A stretch of 61,321 bases of DNA from an uncultured Gammaproteobacteria bacterium (lineage in GTDB: Bacteria > Patescibacteriota > Patescibacteriia > Patescibacteriales > UBA12465), in the NCBI GenBank assembly GCA_964483295.1, contig CAZAAD010000005.1:1-61321 (forward strand), read 5' to 3'. Position numbers and translations under genes: made by a program. The first letter of the stretch is position 1. Each line of letters begins with the position of its first letter. Of the stretch, positions 1 to 10,125 are shown one piece after another. Below the pieces are notes generated by a model, which was not told the DNA's origin, ran no database searches, and worked only from the letters and a program-made list of their open reading frames with translations.

Positions 1-87
1 GCCGTAAATATCTTTGGCAACAGTCGCAGCCGCGCTAGCAGCAAAACCTTGGTTATCGCTTGTCTTTATCTTTTTATCTTCAGACAT
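1..87 (-). CDS. rpsE: 30S ribosomal protein S5, N-terminal part (runs off the window)
   Basis: Manual translation MSEDKKIKTSDNQGFAASAAATVAKDIYG from ATG at 87; sits directly after rplR in canonical spc order; the conserved S5 core is outside the window. Confidence 0.6.
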   Translation of the reverse strand, partial: MSEDKKIKTSDNQGFAASAAATVAKDIYG

Positions 88-119
88 ATGTTCTTTTATT
101 TAGATATCGTTCTTGAGGA

Positions 120-473
120 TTAGAATTCCAAACCGCCTTCGCGAGCGCCTTCGGCTACCGCTTGGACACGGCCATGATACTTATAGGCACCGCGATCAAA
201 GACAACAGCTGTAATTTTTTTAGCAGCGGCTTTTTCGGCAATCATTTTGCCTAACTCCTTGCTAATCTCAACTTTCTTGCCCTTGGCTTTTACTTCAATA
301 GAAGAAGCACTCGCAATAGTCTTGCCGGCGGCATCATCAATCAGCTGCAAGAACATACCGCGATTAGAGCGAAAAACGCTCAAACGAGGACGACTAGCAG
401 TTCCGGTAACTTTAGCACGCACACGCGCGTGGCGTCTATCCTGCTTCTGATTTTTCTCCTTATTTTTATCCAT
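120..473 (-). CDS. rplR: 50S ribosomal protein L18
   Basis: RPRLSVFRSN and VVFDRGAYKYHGRV motifs; spc order. Confidence 0.98.
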   Translation of the reverse strand: MDKNKEKNQKQDRRHARVRAKVTGTASRPRLSVFRSNRGMFLQLIDDAAGKTIASASSIEVKAKGKKVEISKELGKMIAEKAAAKKITAVVFDRGAYKYHGRVQAVAEGAREGGLEF

Positions 474-500
474 ATAATTTATTCGTACTTAATTCGCTAA

Positions 501-1046
501 TTATTTGCCCTTAGTAGCGGCCTTACCAGCCTTGCGGCGAATAATCTCATCAGAATATTTAACACCCTTACCTTTATAAGGTTCAGGCTTTCTTAATTTG
601 CGGATTTGCGCAGCCACTTCACCAACTTGTTCTTTACTAGCACTGCTTAAAGTAATAGCGTTACCTTCAACGGAAGCGGTAATACCAGCTGGCAAAAGAA
701 ATTCAATCGGATGGGAATAGCCTAAGCTTAAATTTAATTTATTGCCGGCCACGTTAGCACGATAACCAACACCATTAATTTCTAATTTTTTAGTAAAGCC
801 CTCGCTGACACCAATAACGGCATTTCTGGTTAAACTCCAAACCAAGCCCCACATAGCGGCAGCATTCTTAGCTTCCTTATCCTTCGGAGCAACGGAAATT
901 GCCTGCTCTTCAATTGTAACAGCAATCAGCTTGTTGACCAATACTTTTATTTCTCCTTTTGGCCCTTTAACAGTCAGAAACTCCCCAGCAAAGGAAGCGC
1001 TGACACCGGCCGGCATAGTAATTGGTAATTTTCCTAGACGTGACAT
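501..1046 (-). CDS. rplF: 50S ribosomal protein L6
   Basis: MSRLGKLPI start and RKPEPYKGKGVKY motif. Confidence 0.98.
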   Translation of the reverse strand: MSRLGKLPITMPAGVSASFAGEFLTVKGPKGEIKVLVNKLIAVTIEEQAISVAPKDKEAKNAAAMWGLVWSLTRNAVIGVSEGFTKKLEINGVGYRANVAGNKLNLSLGYSHPIEFLLPAGITASVEGNAITLSSASKEQVGEVAAQIRKLRKPEPYKGKGVKYSDEIIRRKAGKAATKGK

Positions 1047-1067
1047 ATAGCGTTTCGATTTAGATGA

Positions 1068-1478
1068 TTAAAAGATTTCGCCGATGACTTCGCCACCGAT
1101 TTGTTGCTTCTTGGCTTCCTTGCCAGTCATCATACCGCGGGAAGTAGAAATAATTGCGGTACCGAAATTATTAAGGACAGTCGGAATTTCCGCTTTGGAG
1201 ACATAAATCTTCAGACCAGGAGTACTGACGCGCTGAATAGAAGTAATCTGAGGCTTACCGTTCTTGCGATATTTTAATTGTATGCGCAGTTCATCAAAGC
1301 CGTTATGCTTACCCTCTAGTCCGCCCGGGACAACTTCTGCCTTTTTAACCCAGCCTTCAGTTTCCAGGATCTTGGCGATCTCGAATTTCAGCTTGCTCAT
1401 AGGCAAAAGAATCTCCGCCTTCTTGACGACCGAAGCGTTCCTGATTCTTGTGAACATGTCTGCGATGGGATCCATCAT
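1068..1478 (-). CDS. rpsH: 30S ribosomal protein S8
   Basis: DPIADMFTRIRNA, VSTPGLKIY, IISTSRGMMT, GGEVI. Confidence 0.98.
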   Translation of the reverse strand: MMDPIADMFTRIRNASVVKKAEILLPMSKLKFEIAKILETEGWVKKAEVVPGGLEGKHNGFDELRIQLKYRKNGKPQITSIQRVSTPGLKIYVSKAEIPTVLNNFGTAIISTSRGMMTGKEAKKQQIGGEVIGEIF

Positions 1479-1506
1479 ATTTTTGGTTTAACTTAAAATT
1501 TCTAAA

Positions 1507-1692
1507 TTACCAGCTCGATTTCCTGATTCCCGGCAAATCGCCGTTATCGGCTAGCTCTCGGAAACAGATACGGCAGAGCTTGAAATCCCGCATAAATCCG
1601 TGGTTGCGGCCGCAGCGCCAGCAACGGTTAATTTTACGGGTAGAAAACTTTGGTTTTCTTTTTGCTTTGACTATTAATGCTGTTCTTGCCAT
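1507..1692 (-). CDS. rpsN: 30S ribosomal protein S14, zinc-binding type
   Basis: 61 aa; RCWRCGR...CRICFRE; GIRKSSW. Confidence 0.97.
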   Translation of the reverse strand: MARTALIVKAKRKPKFSTRKINRCWRCGRNHGFMRDFKLCRICFRELADNGDLPGIRKSSW

Positions 1693-1703
1693 ATTTATTG
1701 AAA

Positions 1704-2249
1704 TTATTTGCTGTCTTTCTTAAAAGGAAAGCCGAATAAACGGAAAAGTTCTAAACCTTCCTCACGGTTCTTGGCGGTAGTATTCAAGCAGATTTCTAAA
1801 CCGAAGGAATTATCCATATCTTCAATCTTTACTTCTGGGAAAGCGCTCTGATCTTTGAAACCAATCGTCATGTTGCCGGTTTTATCAATACCCTTGTCGC
1901 TAATACCGCGGAAGTCGCGGACGCGAGGGAAAGTAATGCTCACCAATTTTTCAACAAAATCATACATTCTCTGGCCACGTAAAGTTACCTTCACGCCGAC
2001 AGTCATGCCTTCTCTAATCTTGAAAGAAGAAATTGATTTCTTAGCTAAAGTAAAGACGGCTTTTTGTCCGCTAATTCTGGTAATGCCCTTATTAACGGCC
2101 TCCAAATAATCCTTTTCTTTAGTATGATGTCCGACGCCAACATTAAGAACAACTTTAGTTAAGCGCGGTACTAGCATCGCATTCTTGGCGCCTAGTTTCT
2201 CCTTTAATTGCGGCACTATTTCTTTTTGATATTTTTCTCTAAGTCTCAT
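1704..2249 (-). CDS. rplE: 50S ribosomal protein L5
   Basis: [17 protein letters not shown] and PRVRDFRG. Confidence 0.98.
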   Translation of the reverse strand: MRLREKYQKEIVPQLKEKLGAKNAMLVPRLTKVVLNVGVGHHTKEKDYLEAVNKGITRISGQKAVFTLAKKSISSFKIREGMTVGVKVTLRGQRMYDFVEKLVSITFPRVRDFRGISDKGIDKTGNMTIGFKDQSAFPEVKIEDMDNSFGLEICLNTTAKNREEGLELFRLFGFPFKKDSK

Positions 2250-2259
2250 AAGTTTGATA

Positions 2260-2583
2260 TTACTCGATTATTTCTCCGCACTTCTTGCAAGCTCGAAAAC
2301 TCTTATCTTTCTTGCCTTCAGCCTTAACAATTTTATGGGAAGCTCTCGTCGCCTGACCGCACTTTGGACAAACCAAAGAAACGTTAGATGATTGGATAAA
2401 GGCTGGGAATTCAATTCTCTGCCCCTTTTCTCCCTGGCGTTGCGGACGTAAATGTTTGATTAGCAAATTTAAGCCCTCAATTGAGACCTTGCCTTCGCGA
2501 GGCAATGACTGAAGAACCTTACCGGTCTTCCCTTTGTCCTTGCCACTCAATATTTTTACCTTGTCATTCTTTTTGATATGCAT
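2260..2583 (-). CDS. rplX: 50S ribosomal protein L24
   Basis: KOW motif IKKNDKVKILSGKDKGKTGKV; C-terminal CPKC...CKKC. Confidence 0.97.
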   Translation of the reverse strand: MHIKKNDKVKILSGKDKGKTGKVLQSLPREGKVSIEGLNLLIKHLRPQRQGEKGQRIEFPAFIQSSNVSLVCPKCGQATRASHKIVKAEGKKDKSFRACKKCGEIIE

Positions 2584-2607
2584 ATGTTTCTTGAAAACTG
2601 CCTGTAG

Positions 2608-2982
2608 TTATAAGACTTCCGGCGCTAAGGACGCAATCTTAGCAAAGCCAGCCTTTCTGACTTCACGAGCAATTGGACCAAAGATACGGGTACCCTTAGG
2701 TTCCTTTTTCACAATATCGGTAATAATCACGCAAGCATTATCATCAAAGCGCAAGTAAGAACCGTCAGCTCGTCTCACCTCTTTATGAGTGCGAACAACA
2801 ACTGCTTTCACAACATCGCTCTTCTTGACGGCAGCATGCGGAGCTGCGCTCTTAACCGCCGCGATTATAATATCGCCGACGTGAGCATAACGTCTCTTGG
2901 TGCCTCCCAGAACCCTGATGCATTGCACCTCTTTGGCTCCTGAGTTATCGGCTACTTTTAAATAAGTCTGCACTTGAATCAT
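2608..2982 (-). CDS. rplN: 50S ribosomal protein L14
   Basis: [38 protein letters not shown]. Confidence 0.99.
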   Translation of the reverse strand: MIQVQTYLKVADNSGAKEVQCIRVLGGTKRRYAHVGDIIIAAVKSAAPHAAVKKSDVVKAVVVRTHKEVRRADGSYLRFDDNACVIITDIVKKEPKGTRIFGPIAREVRKAGFAKIASLAPEVL

Positions 2983-3022
2983 ATTTTTCTGCTTGTGATT
3001 TTATTTAGACGGCGGCTTTAAC

Positions 3023-3289
3023 TTAGCCGATTACTCGCCATCTCTTATCGCGGCTAAGCGGTCGGCATTCAACGAAAGTAACTTTATCACCGGCCTTAAA
3101 CTTGTTATTTTCGTCATGAACCTTATACTTGCGGCTCACGGTGTATCTTTTTTTATATTTAGGATGAATTTTAACCGACTCAACTTTAACAACGATAGTC
3201 TTAGCGCTTTTATCACTAACGACTACGCCGGTAAATTTACGGCTAATCAACTCCTTTTTATCTGCCTTGTTGGCTGCTATAGCGGTCAT
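3023..3289 (-). CDS. rpsQ: 30S ribosomal protein S17
   Basis: GVVVSDK, HPKYKK, ECRPLSRDKRW. Confidence 0.98.
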   Translation of the reverse strand: MTAIAANKADKKELISRKFTGVVVSDKSAKTIVVKVESVKIHPKYKKRYTVSRKYKVHDENNKFKAGDKVTFVECRPLSRDKRWRVIG

Positions 3290-3290
3290 A

Positions 3291-3476
3291 TTATTTCTGC
3301 TTATTCGTTATAGTTAGAATCCGGGCAATGAGCGCTCTAATCGCTCTAATTTCCCGAACGTTCTTCAGCTGCTTATTTGAATCCTTGAAGCGGAGATCGC
3401 GCAACTTTTCTCGGTTGCTCTCTAAGAGCTTCTTTAGCTCACCCGCATCCTTGGTTTTTAATTCTTTCTTATCCAT
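3291..3476 (-). CDS. rpmC: 50S ribosomal protein L29
   Basis: 61 aa between rplP and rpsQ; IRAIRALIARILT. Confidence 0.92.
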   Translation of the reverse strand: MDKKELKTKDAGELKKLLESNREKLRDLRFKDSNKQLKNVREIRAIRALIARILTITNKQK

Positions 3477-3486
3477 AATTTTATGC

Positions 3487-3897
3487 TTATTCTTCCTTGC
3501 TGATGAAACGGCACTTGATTGGCAGCTTGTGAGCGGCTAATTCCATGGCCTTCTTGGCAGTTTCTTTATCGATGCCTTCCATTTCAAACATCACCATACC
3601 TGGTTTAATGATTGCAACGTAGTAATCAACGGCACCCTTACCTTTACCCATCGGGATTTCTCCACCATGAGCAGTAACCGGCTTATCCGGGAAGATGCGG
3701 ATCCAAATCTTACCACCCTTCTTGACGTATTTAGTCATCACGCGACGAGCGGCTTCAATCTGGCGAGAAGTTACCCAGCAAGCTGACATGCTTTTTAGGC
3801 CGTAGCTGCCGAAGCTGATGTTTAAGTGACGACTAGCTTTGCCACCACGACGTCGCTTCTGGTCCTTCCTCCATTTGGTTTTCTTTGGCATTAACAT
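3487..3897 (-). CDS. rplP: 50S ribosomal protein L16
   Basis: [33 protein letters not shown]. Confidence 0.99.
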   Translation of the reverse strand: MLMPKKTKWRKDQKRRRGGKASRHLNISFGSYGLKSMSACWVTSRQIEAARRVMTKYVKKGGKIWIRIFPDKPVTAHGGEIPMGKGKGAVDYYVAIIKPGMVMFEMEGIDKETAKKAMELAAHKLPIKCRFISKEE

Positions 3898-3930
3898 ATT
3901 TTTGTAAACTGAAACTCGATTTTGAAATTA

Positions 3931-4611
3931 TTAGTTCTCGATGACTTCACCGGCAGCGGCTTTATCTTTTTCAAAGACTTCACCTTTATAGACCCAAACT
4001 TTGATACCGATAGCGCCATAAGTAGTGTGGGCAACGCCGCGAGCATAATCAATATCCGCTCTTAAAGTTTGTAGTGGCACTTTGCCCCAAACTAACTTTT
4101 CGGTTCTGGCAATTTCGGCGCCGTTTAAACGTCCGGAAATAACCGTCTTAGCACCAAGTGCTCCGCCTCTTTCTACGCGACCAATTGATTGCTTCATAAC
4201 CTTACGGAACGGCATACGCTTCTCAATATCGAGAATCATGCTAGAGACAATAATCTGAGCGCTTAAATTTGGACGACTAGCTTCTTTAATATTGAGGTTT
4301 ATTTCCTGCATGCGGAAATTCTTCAAGAACTTGTCGTGTAATTTTTTCTTTAATTCCTCAACACCATTACCACCACGTCCGATAATGATACCAGGCTTAG
4401 CGGTGTAGACGCTGATTTCAATCCGGTTAAGGCCACGCATGATTTCAACTTTATCAACTCCAGCCTCCTTGAATTCTTTAATCAGATGCTTGCGAACTAA
4501 GACATCCTGACGGACATTCTTAATATAAGCCTCACCTTTTTCAAACCAGATAGATGGCCAGGTCTTGGTGATTCCCATGCGAAATATTTTCGGATTAACT
4601 TTTTTACCCAT
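3931..4611 (-). CDS. rpsC: 30S ribosomal protein S3
   Basis: KH motif PGIIIGRGG; GRLNGAEIAR; VPLQTLRADIDY. Confidence 0.99.
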   Translation of the reverse strand: MGKKVNPKIFRMGITKTWPSIWFEKGEAYIKNVRQDVLVRKHLIKEFKEAGVDKVEIMRGLNRIEISVYTAKPGIIIGRGGNGVEELKKKLHDKFLKNFRMQEINLNIKEASRPNLSAQIIVSSMILDIEKRMPFRKVMKQSIGRVERGGALGAKTVISGRLNGAEIARTEKLVWGKVPLQTLRADIDYARGVAHTTYGAIGIKVWVYKGEVFEKDKAAAGEVIEN

Positions 4612-4642
4612 ATGTATGTTGCTTATGCAAATTACTTAACTA

Positions 4643-5146
4643 TTAACCGGCTTTTCGTCTAAACATCTTCGCCTTCTTCTCAGAAGCGGCGGCGGCAACT
4701 TTGCTCTTGCTTGCCGTTACCTTGGAAACAGCCTTCTCACCTTCCTTAGCCAGCTTCTCTAGTTTAACTGGTTCCGCGATTTGGACAGTCTTCTTTTCGT
4801 GCTTACCGCTATCTTCAATTTCTTTCAAAACTAAATTAATGTGGCAGCCACGCTTCCGAATAGAGGTTGCTCTACCGTGAGCACGAGGCATCCAACGCTT
4901 CATTGTGACCGCTTCATCAGCCCTAATTTCTTTAATAAAAAGATTGGACTTTTCTAAGCTATAAGTATTTTCCGCATTAGCAATCGCTGATTTAATCAAC
5001 TTAGCTACTGGTAATGACGCTCGCTTATTAATAAAGCGAAGCTGGTCTAAAGCGGCGACAACCGGCATCTTTCGAACAATGTCGAGGACTAGGCGCACCT
5101 TTTGGGCGGACATCCGCAAATGTTTTAAACTGGCTTTAACTTCCAT
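4643..5146 (-). CDS. rplV: 50S ribosomal protein L22 with basic C-terminal extension
   Basis: RMSAQKVRLV, SAIANAE, PRAHGRA; about 55 extra C-terminal residues. Confidence 0.97.
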   Translation of the reverse strand: MEVKASLKHLRMSAQKVRLVLDIVRKMPVVAALDQLRFINKRASLPVAKLIKSAIANAENTYSLEKSNLFIKEIRADEAVTMKRWMPRAHGRATSIRKRGCHINLVLKEIEDSGKHEKKTVQIAEPVKLEKLAKEGEKAVSKVTASKSKVAAAASEKKAKMFRRKAG

Positions 5147-5188
5147 ATGTGATTGGTTAGGTTTTATTTCTTCTTCTATTTCCCTGGC

Positions 5189-5476
5189 TTATTTCTTAGC
5201 TGAAGCCTGGGTCTTAGCCATCTTACCGCCGTGTCCTGGGAATTTTCTGGTTGGAGAAAATTCGCCTAAACGATGGCCAACCATATTTTCAACAACATAG
5301 ACAGGAACATGGGTTTTGCCATTGTGGACGCCGAGCGTAAAGCCGACCATTTCCGGAGTAATAGTACAAGCACGATCCCAAACCTTGATAACAGGTTTTT
5401 CTCCTGCCTTCAGATTCTTGATCTTGTTGACCAGGCGGATATTGATGTATGGGCCCTTCTTAAGACTTCTGGACAT
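5189..5476 (-). CDS. rpsS: 30S ribosomal protein S19
   Basis: [28 protein letters not shown]. Confidence 0.99.
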   Translation of the reverse strand: MSRSLKKGPYINIRLVNKIKNLKAGEKPVIKVWDRACTITPEMVGFTLGVHNGKTHVPVYVVENMVGHRLGEFSPTRKFPGHGGKMAKTQASAKK

Positions 5477-5519
5477 ATTTATTAGGAATTAATATTTCTT
5501 TATCTTGATTCTTCCTTGA

Positions 5520-6356
5520 TTATTTGCGCTTAGTGCGACGCTTGACGATTAAACGATCACTGGAGTGCTTGCGTCTGGTCTTAACACCGAGCGCTGGCTT
5601 ACCCCACATGGTCTTAGGATGCTTCAAACCGATAGACTGCTTACCTTCACCACCACCATGAGGATGATCAACCGGATTCATCGCAGTACCTCTAACAGTC
5701 GGTCTAATGCCTAAGTGACGGCTGCGACCAGCTTTTCCTAAAGAGATATGACGATTATCAGGATTGCTAGCTTGGCCAACGGTGCAAAGAGCCTCTTTCT
5801 TAATCAAACGGATTTCACCAGATGGCATCTTAACCTGAGCATATTTCTTTTCCACACCCATGACGAAGACAACGTTTCCGGCGCCACGAGCAATTTTTGC
5901 TCCCTGGCCTGGTTCTAATTCAACTGAGCTAACCGGCATACCAGCAGGAATAAACTGTAAAGGCATGGCGTTGCCATTTTTAATTTCAATTAACTTCTGA
6001 GAACTCATTACTTTATCACCAACCTTAACGTTAATTGGGGCGATGATATATCTCTTCTCACCATCAACGTAGTTAAGGAGAGCTAAACGAGCGCCGCGGT
6101 TTGGATCATATTCAATCGCTGCTACCGTTGCTTCCACGTCAAATTTATCACGCTTAAAATCTACCAAACGAATATAACGCTTAGCACCGCCGCCACGATG
6201 ACGAACAGTAATTTTACCAGTAGCGTTGCGGCCACCTTTTCTTTTTTTGATAACGACGAGATTTTTCTCCGGAGATTTCTTGGTAATATCCTTGAAATCA
6301 TCGAAGGTCGCTTCACGACGTCCCGGGGTATTCGCTTTTACTTTTTTTATTCCCAT
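5520..6356 (-). CDS. rplB: 50S ribosomal protein L2
   Basis: IEYDPNR and RGTAMNPVDHPHGGGEG. Confidence 0.99.
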   Translation of the reverse strand: MGIKKVKANTPGRREATFDDFKDITKKSPEKNLVVIKKRKGGRNATGKITVRHRGGGAKRYIRLVDFKRDKFDVEATVAAIEYDPNRGARLALLNYVDGEKRYIIAPINVKVGDKVMSSQKLIEIKNGNAMPLQFIPAGMPVSSVELEPGQGAKIARGAGNVVFVMGVEKKYAQVKMPSGEIRLIKKEALCTVGQASNPDNRHISLGKAGRSRHLGIRPTVRGTAMNPVDHPHGGGEGKQSIGLKHPKTMWGKPALGVKTRRKHSSDRLIVKRRTKRK

Positions 6357-6400
6357 ATTGATACAATTCCTAAATGACGAAATTTAATATTACGGATTGC

Positions 6401-6841
6401 TTAGACGCCTTCATAGATGGAGATGGTATCGCCTTTTTTCAAAGTAACGATTGCCTTCTTCCAATCTTTGCGCTGTCCGCGAATGCGGCCACGGGCAACT
6501 TGCTTGCCTTGCATATTAATAATGTTAACCGCTGTCGGCTCGACTCCGTAAACAGCCTTAATCGCTTTAGCGACTTCAATCTTATTAGCTGACTTCTCGA
6601 CCACGAAAGCGTATTTATTATCAGCTGATAAATCAGTTGCCTTTTCAGTAATCACGGGGCGAACAAGTAAACGGTTGGAAACAGTATATTTAGAGACAGC
6701 TGCCTTAGATTTAGTAGCGCTAGTTTTAACTGGAGCTTCAGCATATAAATCCTTCATGCTCGCTGCTTCTTTAACGACATCCTTTTTAGGCGCAACAGCC
6801 TTCTTGTCGTCAGTATTGGTTTTTGATCCGAATAATGCCAT
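6401..6841 (-). CDS. rplW: 50S ribosomal protein L23 with N-terminal extension
   Basis: RPVITEK, ANKIEVAKAI, WKKAIVTL; about 55 extra N-terminal residues. Confidence 0.95.
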   Translation of the reverse strand: MALFGSKTNTDDKKAVAPKKDVVKEAASMKDLYAEAPVKTSATKSKAAVSKYTVSNRLLVRPVITEKATDLSADNKYAFVVEKSANKIEVAKAIKAVYGVEPTAVNIINMQGKQVARGRIRGQRKDWKKAIVTLKKGDTISIYEGV

Positions 6842-6845
6842 ATTT

Positions 6846-7496
6846 TTATTTATTATAGCGCTTGGTAAAAGTTTCCAGGCCCTTCTCAGTAATTAACAAA
6901 TAGCGAAAGTTAAGGACATCAGCCAAATTAACATTTTCTAAATTGATAATTTTAACGCCAGTTAAATTGCGACCAGAATACTTGACCTTATCATCCTTAG
7001 AATCATTTAAAATCAGGATATCGCGACGTTCAGTCTTTAAAACTTTTTTCTCTAAGCCGTTTAACAGTTCGTTAAACTTCTTAGTTTTATATTCATTGAA
7101 ATCAATGTTATCTAAAACAACTAGGCTCTCGTTCTTAACACGGTCAGATAAAACCATAAAGAGAGCTTTCTGCTTCATTTTCTGGTTAATCTTCTGCTTA
7201 AAGTTTCTATCCTTAGTTGGACCGAAGGTAACGCCACCACCAATCCAAATTGGTGAACGGCTAGAACCAACACGAGCACGGCCAGTACCTTTCTGTTTCC
7301 AAGGCTTCTTGCCGCCACCAGAAACTTCGCTTCTGTCTTTAGTGTGAGCCAAAACCTGGCGGCTATTAGCCGTTTGGGCAACGAGCGCTTGGTGTAAGAG
7401 CTCATGATTGGCGGAAACGGCGAAAATTTTCTCGGCAAGTTCTAAATCCTTTACCGGTTCGGCCGCTTGGTTATAAACTTTTATCTTTAATGACAT
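6846..7496 (-). CDS. rplD: 50S ribosomal protein L4
   Basis: TKDRSEVSGGGKKPWKQKGTGRAR and GGGVTFGP. Confidence 0.99.
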   Translation of the reverse strand: MSLKIKVYNQAAEPVKDLELAEKIFAVSANHELLHQALVAQTANSRQVLAHTKDRSEVSGGGKKPWKQKGTGRARVGSSRSPIWIGGGVTFGPTKDRNFKQKINQKMKQKALFMVLSDRVKNESLVVLDNIDFNEYKTKKFNELLNGLEKKVLKTERRDILILNDSKDDKVKYSGRNLTGVKIINLENVNLADVLNFRYLLITEKGLETFTKRYNK

Positions 7497-7537
7497 ATGC
7501 TTTTCTGCGCTATTTATGTTATGACGCGAACTCTTAC

Positions 7538-8293
7538 TTAGGCGGAGACTTCTTCAGTCTTGGCTTCCTCAACAACTGGGGTTTCCTCGGCGACTGGAAC
7601 CTCTTCGGTTACCGGCGCTTCTTCAGTTACTGGAGTTTCTTCAACAACTGGGGCAGCTGGCTTCTGATTAACTTTAAGTTCTCCTTCACCATGAAGCATG
7701 ATTAAACCGTTAATTGCTCCTGGGACTGCTCCTTTAACGAAGATAATATTATTTTCCTCATCAATTTTCACAATTTCCAAGTTGCTGATAGTTACTCTTT
7801 CACCACCCATGCGTCCGGCCATTCTCGTTCCTTTGAAAACGTGGGCTGGGCCCTTAGGTCCGATAGAACCAGGCATTCTTTCCTGATCTTTATTACCATG
7901 AGTTGCTCTGAAACCATGGAAACCATGGCGCTTAACAACACCCTGAAAACCTTTTCCTTTAGAGGTGGCGGTAGCTTTAACCTTATCGCCAACAGCGAAA
8001 GTCGCTACACTAATCACATCACCAGCCTGAAAATTAGCGGCCTCTTCGGTTCTAAACTCACGCATGTGCATAGGTTTAAGACCCAAAGCCTTAACATGGC
8101 CACGTTGTGGCTTATTAATATTCTTTTCTTTTCTATTGCCATAGGCAACCTGTAAAGCCTCATAACCATCTTTAACCTTGTTCTTAACCTGAGTTACTTG
8201 GCAAGGACCAGCTTGGATAGGAGTAATAGCTAAAACCCGGTCGTCGCTCCAGATCTGGGTCATGCTCATTTTTTTCCCGATGATGAATTTCAT
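7538..8293 (-). CDS. rplC: 50S ribosomal protein L3 with acidic repetitive tail
   Basis: SKGKGFQGVVKRHG and KGTRMAGRMG; start moved to MKFIIGKK (8293) from the ORF-track 8359. Confidence 0.98.
   Translation of the reverse strand: MKFIIGKKMSMTQIWSDDRVLAITPIQAGPCQVTQVKNKVKDGYEALQVAYGNRKEKNINKPQRGHVKALGLKPMHMREFRTEEAANFQAGDVISVATFAVGDKVKATATSKGKGFQGVVKRHGFHGFRATHGNKDQERMPGSIGPKGPAHVFKGTRMAGRMGGERVTISNLEIVKIDEENNIIFVKGAVPGAINGLIMLHGEGELKVNQKPAAPVVEETPVTEEAPVTEEVPVAEETPVVEEAKTEEVSA
7541..7660 (-). repeat. Imperfect 18-bp in-frame tandem repeat encoding about five PVxEEx units in the L3 tail
   Basis: Translation APVVEETPVTEEAPVTEEVPVAEETPVVEEAK. Confidence 0.8.
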
Positions 8294-8321
8294 ATATTTC
8301 TTACTTTTTCTTTTTTTACAC

Positions 8322-8344
8322 AAAAAAACTGGTCTATAAACCAG
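8322..8344 (-). terminator. Terminator-like hairpin inside the S10 operon, just upstream of rplC
   Basis: Minus strand CTGGT-TTATAG-ACCAG-TTTTTTT; short 5-bp stem. Confidence 0.4.
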
Positions 8345-8520
8345 CTTAGACAAGCGCAAAAACTAACAAAAGAATATAAGCTTAACCTACTCTTTTTTTG
8401 TCAATTCTATTTGTCTGCTGATTTACCTCCAAATTTTTGCTAATTTTAGCCGATATACTTTCTGACGAGCAGAGTTATCCCGACCGCTTTAAGCAAAATT
8501 TATCTTATTTTTCAATTCTA

Positions 8521-8856
8521 CTACATTTTTATCTCAACGTCAACCCCAGCTGGCAAATTTAAATTTGTCAGGTCTTCAATAGTTTTTGCTCCTGGATCAA
8601 CAATATCAATCATGCGCTTATGAATACGCATTTCATACTGATCGCGGGCATCCTTGTGCACGAAAGTAGACCGGTTAACGGTATATTTTCTCTTCTCGAT
8701 TGGCAAAGGAATCGGGCCAAAGAACTGGGCGTCTGAACGCTCAATTGTTTCAATAATAGTTTTAGTGGATTGATCGATTATTTTGTGATCAAAAGACTTG
8801 ATCTTAATCCTAATCCGCTGTTTGAACTCTTTTTCGTCTTTTTTGTTTTCGGACAT
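8521..8856 (-). CDS. rpsJ: 30S ribosomal protein S10
   Basis: IRIKIKSFDH, GPIPLP, RDQYEMRIHKR. Confidence 0.98.
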   Translation of the reverse strand: MSENKKDEKEFKQRIRIKIKSFDHKIIDQSTKTIIETIERSDAQFFGPIPLPIEKRKYTVNRSTFVHKDARDQYEMRIHKRMIDIVDPGAKTIEDLTNLNLPAGVDVEIKM

Positions 8857-8937
8857 AGTTGAATTTCTTAAAAACGTTCTTCAAATAAACGCTACCAGCC
8901 CGCCATCTATCAACAGATAGCGGGCCAAAGCGCTTAC

Positions 8938-10125
8938 TTACTTTAAAATCTTAGTAACAACACCCGCACCAACAGTGCGACCGCCTTCGCGGATAGCGAA
9001 TCTCTGCTTCTCTTCAAGAGCAATCGGAGCAATTAACTTAATGTTTAAGTTAACGGTATCGCCAGGCATAACCATTTCTGTTCCCGCTGGTAAAGTAATG
9101 TCACCGGTAACATCAGTGGTTCTGATGTAGAATTGAGGCTTGTAACCATTGAAGAATGGCTTGTGGCGTCCGCCTTCCTCTTTAGAAAGGACGTAAACCT
9201 CGGCGCTGAATTCAGTGTGAGGAGTAATGCTTCCTGGTTTGCAGAGAACTTGACCTCTCTCAACTTCATTCTTCTTGGTACCGCGGAGTAATAAACCGGC
9301 GTTATCACCAGCCTGGCCTTGGTCTAACTGCTTGTTAAACATTTCCACACCAGTAATAGTGGTCTTCTTAGTATCCATCAAACCAACAATTTCTACTTCT
9401 TCACCAACCTTGATAATACCTCTATCGATACGACCGGTAACAACAGTGCCGCGGCCTTCGATTGAGAAGATATCTTCAATCGGCATTAAGAAAGGATGAT
9501 CAACATCACGAACTGGTTCTGGGATATAAGAATCAAGCTGAGACATTAACTCCATTAAAGGAGCAGCATCAGCACCGGTTGGATTCTCTAAAGCCTTCAA
9601 AGCAGAACCGCGGATGATTGGCGTAGTGTCTCCAGGGAATTCATATTTCTTTAATAAATCGCGGATTTCCTCTTCGACTAAGTCGATGAGTTCCTTATCC
9701 TCGACCATATCACACTTGTTCAAGAAAACAACGATATAAGGGACACCTACTTGGCGAGCCAACAAGATGTGTTCTCTAGTCTGAGGCATAGGGCCGTCAG
9801 TAGCAGAAACAACCAAGATAGCGCCATCCATCTGAGCAGCGCCAGTAATCATGTTCTTAACATAATCAGCGTGTCCTGGACAATCAACGTGGGCATAATG
9901 GCGACCAGCTGATTCGTATTCAACGTGAGCGGTTGCGATTGTGATACCTCTCTCCTTTTCTTCTGGAGCGGCATCGATTTCAACAACACCCTTGTTGGAA
10001 GCCTTCATGCCATTGGCATTGAAAACAGCCAACATGGCGGCGGTTAAAGTGGTCTTCCCATGGTCAACGTGGCCGATAGTACCGACGTTAACATGGGGCT
10101 TTGTGCGTTCAAATTTTTCTGCCAT
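8938..10125 (-). CDS. tuf: Elongation factor Tu
   Basis: [34 protein letters not shown]. Confidence 0.99.
   Translation of the reverse strand: MAEKFERTKPHVNVGTIGHVDHGKTTLTAAMLAVFNANGMKASNKGVVEIDAAPEEKERGITIATAHVEYESAGRHYAHVDCPGHADYVKNMITGAAQMDGAILVVSATDGPMPQTREHILLARQVGVPYIVVFLNKCDMVEDKELIDLVEEEIRDLLKKYEFPGDTTPIIRGSALKALENPTGADAAPLMELMSQLDSYIPEPVRDVDHPFLMPIEDIFSIEGRGTVVTGRIDRGIIKVGEEVEIVGLMDTKKTTITGVEMFNKQLDQGQAGDNAGLLLRGTKKNEVERGQVLCKPGSITPHTEFSAEVYVLSKEEGGRHKPFFNGYKPQFYIRTTDVTGDITLPAGTEMVMPGDTVNLNIKLIAPIALEEKQRFAIREGGRTVGAGVVTKILK

Noticed and set aside
8375-8404. TTGACA in the rpsJ-rplC spacer as an internal promoter
   Set aside because: No acceptable -10 hexamer at 16-18 bp spacing
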